NCBI GenBank assembly: GCA_046563655.1 | Contig: CM102287.1 | Coordinates: 5,704,001-5,768,000, forward strand | Direction: 5' to 3' | Origin: Yuukianura sp. NJ FZ-2021 | Lineage: Eukaryota | DNA: 64,000 bases | Shown here: piece by piece, positions 13,278 through 24,049 of the stretch | How the letters are laid out: every line of letters begins with the position of its first letter | Position numbering within the stretch: the first letter of the stretch is position 1 | Program-made: the position numbers and the translations under genes | Notes under the pieces: generated by a model | Seen by the model: the letters and a program-made list of their open reading frames with translations, nothing else | Told to the model about the DNA's origin: nothing | Databases searched by the model: none

Positions 13278-14779
13278 ATGAGAAATCTTCAGGTGTGTGT
13301 TTTCCCGCAGTTATTAAAGTTAACTTTCCATTTCACTTCTTCTGCCAAAGTGTTACTTTTCTTTTACGATTTGTTTGATTTTAATTTCCAATTCAGCTTT
13401 CACTGCTTCTGGCCCTTGTGGCGTCTACCTTTGGACAGTACGAAGGCGGATTCGGCGGAGGATATCATGGAGGACACGGGTATGGTGGAATTGGAGATGA
13501 CTATGGATATGGTGGACATGGGGGATACGGACATGGACATCATGGTGGCCATGGACACGGATACGCAAGTCCAGTCATCAAAGCAGTTCCGGTCATACCC
13601 AAGGTGGCTGCGGTGGCTAAAACTGTGGATTATTACGTAAGAAGTTACAATTTACAGTGAAAATGCTGCAAAAATATATTTTTACCAAAAAAAAAATCTT
13701 TTTTTAAAAATTAATCGCAGAGTGAACCAAACTATTCGTATTCGTATGGAGTGAGTGACGCCTACACAGGTAAGAGATATGCTTCGGAGACTATAAAATG
13801 AAGCAAAATTACGATTCGTTTTTCAATTTTTTTCATATGTTAATTTTTTTTATTTCAAAAAGTTCGAAATTTCAGTTTTGCTTTGTTTTAATTATCCTCA
13901 ACTTATGTATTACCATCCTTGCTGAACTACATTTTATCAAAGCACATTTTTTTTAAATTATCAACTCAAATTTTAGGTGACAAGAAATCTGCTCATGAGA
14001 CACGCGAGGGAGCTGTCACTAAGGGACAGTACCAAGTCCTCCAACCGTAAACGTCTCATGTTGCATTATTTTGAAAATTGAAATTTTTTGATTTGCAAAA
14101 TGTTGAAATTTTTATTCCAGTGACGGAGTTCTGAGAACTGTGAACTATGTTGCGTAAGTCGCAAAGGAGAAAGATTCTGAAATTTTGGGAAAGTTTTCAT
14201 ACAAAATTTATTCTTTTTTTCTGCATTTCAGAGACCCAGTACACGGTTTCCAGGTATTTTTAATGAAAAATGAAATCTGGAAGTTCACTTTTTATTAATT
14301 CTCACAATTTTTGTATCCAAAATTCCCGTTGCCAGGCAACTGTTCATAATTCGGCTCCAGCAGTTCACGCCGTTGCCAAAGCCGCGGTACCAGTTGCTCC
14401 AGTTGTAGCCAAAGTTCCCGCTTACGGACACGGTCACCACGGAGGCTATGGTCACGAAGGTGGTCACTTGCTTGGTGGCTACGGAGGTCATGAAGGCTAC
14501 GGAGGCCACGCCCACGTCCATGCAGCTCCGCTCAAAGTTGCCACTCCCGTTGTCAAGGCCGTAGCAGCTCCTTACCACCACGGTGGTGGCCACTACGGTG
14601 GAATCGGAGGTGGCTATGATGGAGGCCACGGCGGTCACTACGGCGGTATTGCTCCTTACCACGGTCAAATTCAACGTGTTTCACATGCCAGTGGAGTTAC
14701 ACACTACGGTGGAGCGTTAGCCGTTCCCGTTCATGGCGCTGGTTACGGAGGTCACCATCACTCAAATTACGACTACTGA
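13278..14779 (+). CDS. Cuticle protein, RR-2 type, Gly/His-rich; paralog of 5705-6722
   Basis: Exons 13278-13292, 13397-13636, 13721-13769, 13977-14046, 14121-14153, 14232-14253, 14336-14779. R&R domain [59 protein letters not shown]. Confidence 0.93.
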
Positions 14780-16392
14780 AAACGTAATTAGTCGTAAAAT
14801 TTGATACCGTTTACGTTAGTCTGCTTGGTCCATCCAAAAGACTATACTGACATGAGTCCATTTTTCTAATTATTGACTTCCATAACTAACGACTTCTTCT
14901 GATTTATGTCCGTCTGTCCCTTTGTTACACAAATTTTAATACCCAATGGTAACGATCCTTATTTTTACGATTATTAATCGCCAGTCAAAATACTCTCATT
15001 CTCAGACTTAGCTTTTACGTTTGCCCCTTTCGCAAAATTTTTGCAATTTGCAAACTATTGCAAAAATCGAAAAATTCTTCCGTTTCTGTCCTTCCCTTGC
15101 TTTTTATTTAATGTTTCCTTCATTTCCGTTCGTTTCTGGTCAAGCTAGAATGATGATCAAGCATATATCTAACGTAACTTTCTGCCTCAGTAAGTTAACA
15201 TTAACTAAAAACCTAACTTAAATTAAAGTTTCCCCCTCATAACCTTCTGTAATTAAAGGTTTTCTATAACAGTGGAATCCAAATACTCCCACGCAGTCGT
15301 GCCATTGTTTTGTCTTCCTAAACCTCTACATCATCATCATCACCTTCACTTTCTGTACATTCTTTATGCTTCTTCCCAGAATTCTCAGATGGATCAAGAT
15401 TAAGATTAAAGTTAGTTTAAGTTTACATTATTATTATTATACTAAGCAACAAAAAACAACAATGGAAAGGCCAAAACAATAGAAATAAAAAATTCCCAGT
15501 TTTTTTATACAAAAAATATACATTTTTGTGGTAACATTTCCGATGTATTGTCAACCTTGGTGCGTGGGCTTCGTCCAAGCACGCAATTGCGTCACACCGT
15601 GATGCCACCGTTGTGAAAATTCGCACGGTGTCGTCATGTCGTCGCAGAATCTTGATTTCAGTGAGGCCAAGAAGGCGTCTACTCCAAAATGCTGCGCAAT
15701 ACTTTGAAACAGCATATGTTAAACTTACAAAAAAAATCGGTTTAGTAACATTGGTGTGCGTCTGCTTTTACTTTAAACTGATGCAAGGTGAGAGGAAATA
15801 CTGGCAAGCACATCGTAACGTCTACAATTTATTGCATTGTTTTGTCATGTTGCATAGGATATTGATTGATTTTGAACAAGGAACAAAGATTGCATTTAAA
15901 ATTGACTTGGAAGCAAACAAAGCGTGAGAAGCTTCGTCAGGAAGAAGTTAATAATTGAGAAGACAAGTTAATTAGAAGATCCAATAGTATTGCTTTTGAA
16001 ATGTCTCAGGAAACAGTATCTTTCCACCAAATAAAGTCATGCTTGACTGAATTAATTTCAATTGATGAGTAAAACGTAACAGGAACATATACATAGTAAC
16101 TATGGTAGTAATTGTGATTAGTGTTGAAGGAATGACATGACCTTCCAGTCTGTCCAGGGAATGAGAGTGAGAGATCAGTGGTTGGAATATTGGCAGCAGT
16201 AGCAGCATGGCAACAAGCATCTCTCCTCTCAGGTCTAATCAATGGATGAAATACGAGTTTTAGAAATAGAGCTAATGGAAAAACTAAGGAAAATCTAGCA
16301 AGTAGTATCCAGCAGCACATTAGTTCCAGCAGTTGTCCAGTTCCAGTTCCCCAGTAGTCGTGTTCGAAGTATCCGTCCAGCCACCGGCTTCC

Positions 16393-19300
16393 TCAGCTAG
16401 GGAATTTGGTGAAGAATGCGTAGGTCAAGTCGTAGTTCTGGAAGCGACAGAACTGACTGTCCAATCGAAGCCATTCTTTCAACGCCACGGTCCGGTCCAC
16501 TTCCGCATGCGTTCCGCCAGCCATGCTTGCCTGCAAGGAAGAACAAAAACATGTTAGGAATTGTCTCTTAGTCGTTTTTTAGTCTTATTTTACTCTTTTT
16601 TAGTCCTAGATTAGACTTAATGAGGCTATTTTCTTTAGCAACATCTTTATGTGAGATATGCATCTTGGCTTACCTTGTTAGCCATGAAAGTGAGGACAAA
16701 TTTGCCCGGTTGGAACGTTTCCAAGACGCGAATGATGATGTCCTTGTAAGAGCTTTGTGGATAGTTCGTTTCAAAACTCACGTAAGAAAACTCCTCTTCA
16801 GGTGTAATATGGATCGTCATGTAGCTTCCCTGCAATAATTTCAAAACAACTTTTTCAAAAATTGTTCAAAATTTCTTTAGAATTTGGATATCCTAAAAGA
16901 AACGAGAAGAAAGTTCTACAAAATACAAAATACACTAAAGAAAAAGGAATTTGCACGCAGTACAAACGGAATGACAAACTCACGTTAGGACAATCCTCAT
17001 TTTCATACTTTTGGAGTTGGTGTAAGGAAACACACGGAAAAGCATTTTTAAAACAAGTGCTCTCAGTTATACATAAGATACATCAGTTTTTTAAAACAAG
17101 ATTTTTGGAAAATACACTTTGTGAAAGCATTTTCTTACATTTTTGAAAATTCCATTCATAGAGTAGCCGCATGGGTCAAAAAGATGTTCATTGATGATAG
17201 CGTTTGGGATCAGCTTGTCAATTCCAGATTTCTGGAAACAAAAATCATGTCAGGTTTAAAATTTTTATTTGAAAACAATTTTTGAACTTGGCAACAGTGC
17301 ATAGTTGACATTTTAGGAACTACAGTGGGAAATGTGTCCTTCAAATTTCGAAATCTTACGATGGTAGCTTCCTCCCCACTCTTGCAAACTGCCTTGGTAA
17401 AGATCGACATGACCTTTGGATCCAAATGTGTCATCAAAATTTCAAGCGTTTGATCCGGTTCCTAAACATTTTCAAATTTCAAATGTCAAAATCAAAATTA
17501 TTCATAATTTGCATAGCAAAACGTACCTGAATGCCACCGACACGTCCCTTGGATCTGATTGGTGGATTTAGCGTGTACAGATACCAACAGTCACGGTTGA
17601 TTCCTGAAATGTCACCCACGGAATAGGCGACGCCATCTGAAAAATAGTCAATGCCTAACATAGTAAAAATTGGTTATGGAAGGTGAAAATGTGCCTCCAA
17701 TGAAATATTTATCCGAATTCGGTTTTTTCTCATACCCGTGAACATGTTGTCCAAGAGGTTGACCTCTTCCTCGAAGTTGCGATGAGGAAGGAGTTGAAGC
17801 TCTAACGTTCAAAAATAAAACTTACATAAGTAAAATGAAATTAATAAACTAATTTAATTCATTAGATTAATAAAAACTTACAGGAGCATAGTTACTTACC
17901 AGGACGCTTGTAGTTCTTCCTGGAGTAGAAAACATCTTCAATTTGATCAAATCCAGCATACTTCTGAACGAGCACAAGGAGTGGCTGGAGACACAGCAAA
18001 GTCGTTGTCGTTCCGCAAGTTTTGATCAGAAATCGTCGCTTGGACACAAACAAGCTACTCTCGCTGTAAACCAAAAAGAGAACAAGTTAGGGTCAGGCGG
18101 ACACCCACGGGTCAACTGTGACTCTCCCCAGGTCAACGACACCAAAAAACAGACAAGGGGAGTCACAAGGTTGAAGAATCTTATGAAAATTTAGAACAAA
18201 GTTAAACCAAACTACAAATTAACTTAATTAGAGTAACAATTAACTTAAACCTAGTCAAGCGCATCCACCAAACCGGTGGGGAAAGCGAAGGGGTAACCGC
18301 CCCTTTCTCTGCCTACAATCTACCAGTTACTCAATTCCTCAGAAAGTATTTTCTTAAAAAAAGGGAAATTTTGAAAATTTCGTTACTTTTTTTTAGAAAC
18401 AAAGTGGAGGGCATTGCTTAGAGAAAGTTCATCGGAGTTGACCTTTGTGTAGACAGAGAAGTTAGGGGGTTCCAGAGCTTCAAGGTTGACCTGTAAGCCT
18501 GGGGGCGACTCTAGGAGATCAAACAACGGCAAAGGTCCACCGCCCCTCCGATCGAGCCCCCACGTCCCCTTGCCCCACTCCACTGGGGGGCCACTCCCCA
18601 CCTCTTCCGACTTTACAAAAAAATGCAACGTTATTGCATTAAAATTCAAGCAAAAAAAATGAAAACAAACACTTTAAGGGATTTCAAATTACGAAGAAAA
18701 CAACTTCTGCAAAGAATTTAGAAAACTGAGTTTTAGTCTTTATCTTTACTTTACTTTAATTTTGATTTCCAAATATAACTTTTGTGAAATTTTGAAATTG
18801 TGAATTTTTGTGAAATATGTGAAAATTTAAAAAAAAGTGTCGGAAGAAGTAAAGAGTGCTAAAATTGGGAGAACTGATGAAGTCATACGGTTTGTTTTGG
18901 GCTGCAGCGTTCGTCGATAATCGACTTTGTGGGCACTTTTAAGCACCAATCATGAAGAGAGACTCTGTCAATATGGTTGATGGTACTCAGAAGGCCCTTT
19001 GACCCGCCATTTCTCCATAACAGAGGTCAGAGGTCACAAGACGGACTATACTAAAATGTGGACTAGAGTTTCAAAACGCTCGAGGGCGTCCAGGCACAGA
19101 AGGAAACCGAAGTCTCCGGAAACACGCCTTGTGGGCTCCACCACGAAAGTCCACTAAAATAATCATTGATTAAAACTCAATTTGTTGTACAACTAACATC
19201 ATCATACCCTGTGATGTTTTTTAGTTGTTCTAAACAACATTTGTTTAAAAAAATTGTTGTTGATGAATTTCGAACATTTGATAAAAGTTGAAGTAGACAA

Positions 19301-21851
19301 GTATTGCCAATAGGATAGCAGATTAGTCAGCAACTCGCAAAATAAGCTAAGCTAAAGCAAATAGAAAATCGTTATTTTCGTGAGTGCTAAGATTAGTGCT
19401 TAACAATGGCAGAATTATTTGCCAATTCGCTTGACTTTGGATGATGAAATGACCGATTCGGCAGTGAGTTCTAAAAGTTCAACTCAAATGAAACGTCTAG
19501 CGTTTCAAAGCGTCTATAAATCTTATCAAAGGAAGTTCTTAAGGAGTGTCTGTAGTCTTGTTAAGTATTTAAGAAGGGAAAGGGCAAATCAAAGGGCAAA
19601 AGTCGCTTTCTCAAACAGCATTTCAAATCCTTGATTTTGAACTTTAGAACTTTAGAAATAGAAACTGGATCCTTCAAAATTGAAAAGTCGTTTTTAGAAA
19701 CAGCTTCAGAGATTAGTTCTGTTAAGATGACTAGAAGAGGAAGGAAATCTAGAACAATTGACAATCACTCATGCCAGACCAGACATCGAATGACCAGATA
19801 TTGACCCCATGGTTCCTGCCAGTATCATGAGTATAGCATGACACCACAGTTAAGCTCAAATGTCATTAAAAGTCAAACGCCGATTAGCCAACTTCAGCGG
19901 AACTCCTCAGAAGTGTTTGATTTGACGTCAGTCGAAGGCTGGTTTTAATTCAAACGGGATTTGATAGTCTGACTCTTTGACTTTTACTTTTGACGTTTTA
20001 AGCGAACTTAGCAAAAAGCAGACAAACAAAAAGCGGATGAAACGAGTTTAGAAGAAGCAGAAAGGTTTATTATGACAATTTTGAGAGCCAGAAGTTAGCA
20101 TAAGTTTTTTTTTTGTTTTCGCTTTTCAAAATTTTGTTAGAAAGTCTTTTGGAAAAATTTGTGGCCTTACCTGAGAACGTATGCGTCAATGGAGTCATTG
20201 GACATGAAGCTTACAACTTCACATTTGACAATACGAAGCAAGTCCTCGATTTTGTTGCTGAAAAACAAAAAAAAAATGACGTTTTCGAAAATATTTTGGC
20301 AAAAACTCAAATATTTACAAAAAGCACAAAAAAAACTAATGATAAACTTGGATTTGGAGATGATGAGAAGATTTGATCTTGTCGCAAATTCAGTTCAAGA
20401 ACATTTTGATGCTAACCGCGCATGTTCAAAATTACGAAAAATTGAACCGAATTTGCTATCAGGTTTTTATCACTCTGAAAACTCATGTAAAGCAAAGCAA
20501 TCGTGACCTTTGCCCAAGGCGAAGTCGGATCCGCTGTTCAAAAGTGCTACGAATCTCTGCGGTTTACGCAATTTTAGGAATATATGGTTTACGCAACTCA
20601 AAAGTAATCGTTTCAATTAAGTTTCAAAGGTTAATTAAAATTAAAACCGCGTTGTTATTATTCGAAATGCAAAATCCAATTGAAAAACCGCAAGAATTCA
20701 AAAATTCGTTCAACTCAAACCACGTATTTCAGAATATAACTACTTCCCAGCCTGTGTTTCAAAAAAAAAAACTGCAAATTGAATTTTAGAGAGAAAAAAT
20801 TTCTTGAAATTTTTCAGAAAAACAGACATGTATTTTTAAATTTCAGAAAGAAATTGGGTTGCTTCTTTTAACACTTTATTTTCGACAATTTATTTTTTTA
20901 TCAAGTTCAATGTTTGCCAAATTCTGAGACCCAAATAGCAACAAACAGCACAGCAAAAATTAACATCACAGCACGAGTTTGCTGTTGTGACTCACTTGCC
21001 AAAATTGACCTTCAGCAAATCGGTTTGGCAAAATTCCAGAAAAAAAGTATTTCCGGAAAAAAAATTCCGAAAACTTTGCGATTAGGATTACTGACACATT
21101 TTCGGTTTTAGCTTGAAAGGAACAAACGAGAAGTTGAAGGCTCAGCGTGTAAAAATTATTGATTGACGTTTTTTTTCTAAATTTTTGCAAGGACACACAC
21201 GATGAGAATTTTGTAACAAAGGGCGTAAAGGACGCTTATTGATTTTTCGTTTTAGATGACCGTGCTACAGCATTTATACACAGCTCAAGTGTAACCTTTA
21301 GACGTGAGCAAAAAGTTTGACGTTTTTGCCAAAAAAAACTGCTGCAGTGCGGAACTGAGCAAATTAGCGTAAATGATCCTATCCTACGGTATTTGGACTT
21401 TTGCAAATCCTTGTCACATCTGCAGCTACTCTCACATAAATAAAAAATAGAAAATCCAATGCAAATCCTTCACAGAACTCAATTTGTCTCACGACTTCAT
21501 TCAAACTTCATTTAATATTAACCAACAACACGCAAACAGTTCTGTCAAACCTCTGTCATTTTTTGCAACCATGAACTAAGAGAAATGGGGTTTGAAACTT
21601 TGCCAAAAAAGAAAAACGCTGGCCTCACTCATATACTTTTTGTCAAATCAAATCAAAGTTTAACTTTGCAAAAGCAGTTTGTTTAAAAATCATGTTGAAA
21701 AATGGTAATTTAAAACTGCTTACCGTGGAATTTTGCGTAGGTCGCTCGAGTGCAATTTTGACGAATCCACATTTGTAAACCAAATTTCCAGTAACTTTTC
21801 AACACCTTCGAAGTGCTGGGGTGTCTCATTTTCTTGATCTGAGTCACCCAT
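16393..21851 (-). CDS. SamDC: S-adenosylmethionine decarboxylase proenzyme
   Basis: Exons 21851-21724, 20257-20171, 18063-17900, 17801-17736, 17636-17527, 17461-17360, 17231-17139, 16829-16674, 16530-16393. Motifs [25 protein letters not shown] (autocleavage site), [31 protein letters not shown]; ends FTKFPS-stop. Confidence 0.96.
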
Positions 21852-21939
21852 CCTGTCCAGTCTATCAGAAAAAGCAAAGAACTTTAGTTAACTTAAGATT
21901 AGGATGGACAGATTCGCTTAAACGCAATTTCCCATAAGA

Positions 21940-22257
21940 CTTCTGGTGCATCTCCTGTATGATTGGTTAGGCGCTCAAAAAACTACGACCACACTTTTCG
22001 CAGTAGCACACGCTGATGATCAAAACATCGGACAGCTAGGTGACGAAAACAGTACCCTTCGTCCAGAAAACTTAGGTTTTCCGGAAAATGTTTCTGAAAT
22101 CCTCGGGAAAATCCAGAAAAACTAGGTTTTCTGGGTGAAGGGTACTCTTTTCGTCACCTACTTGTCCGATGTTTTGCTGATCAGCGTGTGCTAATGCGAA
22201 AAGTGTGGTCGTAGTTTTTTGAGCGCCTAACCAATCATTCAGAAAATGCACCAGAAG
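21940..22257. mobile_element. Palindromic MITE-like element in the SAMDC 5' leader intron
   Basis: About 145-bp imperfect inverted arms (cttctggtgca...gattggttaggcgctcaaaaaactacgaccacacttttcgca / tgcgaaaagtgtggtcgtagttttttgagcgcctaaccaatc...tgcaccagaag) with a short spacer. No clear TSD. Confidence 0.75.
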
Positions 22258-22838
22258 ATTGGGTCAGAGTTCACGAATTTCTTGTTTACAATTTATTATT
22301 TCGCATTACGTCACTAAGAGTTGGGGCGACCTGAGAATTGAGTCTCAGAAGTGGCTCATCCACTTCGCCATACCCATTTAGAAAAACCCGCGAAGGAGCG
22401 TCAAATTTGAAATCCAACGCAGTGATTCGCAAGTTAGAATGAGTTGTGCAAAATTTCAATCGTTAAGAATCCACCCGTCCGGGTTTTGCATGATTACGTA
22501 ATGTGGCATTTCTCAATTCTCAGTCGTTGCCATGTCTACAAAACGTTATTTGGCGTTATTTTTATTGACCTGCTGTCTCCCCTTAAAATTAACTTTAAGT
22601 TGTAGAAACTTTCACATTATTTTGGTTCTAAAATCTAAATCAGGCCAAAGAGAAATCTTTTATAGCCTCGCCACGTTTTATGTCTAAAACGTTATGCGCA
22701 AAAGTTAGTACACAACGCGAAGAAACTAGAACTTTCTCCTTTCCCGTTTTCTCCTGCAAAAACGTGCAAAATGTAAAATTCCAAGAGGTCAAACTCGTCT
22801 GTCTCCCAGACTTTCCCGAGTTTGCTCTCAAAACTTAC

Positions 22839-23658
22839 TTGGTTTTTGGTTGTTTCCGAACCTTTTCGGCTTGGATGTTCCGAACTTGCTAATAAATGAA
22901 AAAAATCGACACCGTTTCGGCTTAAACCTAAAGCTTTTGCTGCTTTTACTTTCTCCCTCTCGTGTCTAGAGTTTGCTGAACGTCAGGTAGCCTTGAAGAC
23001 GAAACTTCAACTGAAGCTTCCTTGGGTTACAGGTTCTGGAAGAAGATTTTCTCTGTGGGTTATGAACGTATATAGACAGTCCCCGCCTACCAGCTTTTAG
23101 TCGTTCCCGTTTCGATATATGAGTCAGCCTTTCTTCAAATTGCAATTCATAGGGAAGCCGAAACCGCATGAACCAAACAAATCTGTGACGTTGACAGAAA
23201 AAACTGGTGCGGTTCTTTCCAGTCTTTTCCGTTGAAGAAGATATGATTGCGTAAGAGCTTCTTGTCTCCTAGCTAGGCAACTTCAATTTAAGCTTCCGAA
23301 GCGATCACTTCAGTATGATGTTGTTGTGTACTCGGCCTGATTTCGTCTTTTCTGAACAAACAGACAGAAAACATTTTAAAGTCAATGACAGACAATGGAT
23401 TCTTCAGTGGAATTGTACCAAAAAAAGACTAACCTTTAAACAAATGATAAATAGAAGGTTTCAAACTCCTTTTCTAAGAAAAGTTTTTCAAAAGTTTTCC
23501 AAATTGCATCAACTTCTCTTCATTCAACTTCAGATTCAGTTCATTTCTTCAGATTTGGCAAAATCCCAAGCTCCATCGATTTCTGCAACAAACCAGAAAA
23601 CAAGTCTCAATTGACGTAAACAAACATGCGCAAAGATTCCACTCTCTTCCAGCGAAAT
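22839..23658 (-). other. Predicted non-coding 5' leader exons of SAMDC, containing uORFs
   Basis: Plausible acceptor/donor pairs give exons of about 23658-23434, 23351-22927 and 22888-22839, spliced to 21861. Includes an AUG ORF at 23169-22966 and a PS-stop micro-ORF at 23286-23269. Confidence 0.5.
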
Positions 23659-24049
23659 CTAAAAAAACAGAACAACATTTGATTAAAAAAAACTTCAGAA
23701 ATATTGAGACGCAGTGTACTCAGACTTACTTTATTCTTAAAAATGCAAAAAACGATCATCAACTCTTACTCATCATTTAAGTTCTAAAACGTAGACTTTG
23801 ACAATAACGGGACAAGTTATCGTTTCTTAATTAATTAAGTAAGAGAGAGTTGATAAATTGATTAGTTTTTGAAGAGTTTTTTCTCACCTTTGTTCGTGAG
23901 TCGTCAATACTCCTAAGTTCTAATAATAAATTCACGATTCAAACTTATTCTTAACTCAAGCAGTGATCGTGAATCCTGAGTTTGGGATAAATAAAATACT
24001 CTACTAACGTTAAAACTCTGAACATAATTAGTTAACTTAGGAGTTGTAA

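Noticed and set aside
15972..16220. 82-aa ORF in the SAMDC 3' UTR
   Set aside because: Out of frame with SAMDC and has no recognisable motif; only the in-frame tail is considered meaningful.
18874..18890. Hammerhead ribozyme core CTGATGA (also near 58140 and 62205)
   Set aside because: No stem II followed by GAAA and no flanking helices.
19027..19205. Box C (ATGATGA) ... box D (CTGA) snoRNA/scaRNA spanning the structured island
   Set aside because: The boxes and a weak terminal stem are present, but I recognised no rRNA or snRNA guide and the D box is part of a DR1 repeat. Not supportable without an Rfam search.
19766..19922. Short inverted repeats (actcatg/catgagt and agtcaaacgc/gtgtttgatt) in SAMDC intron 2
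   Set aside because: Short, and the second pairs better on the non-transcribed strand; insufficient on their own.
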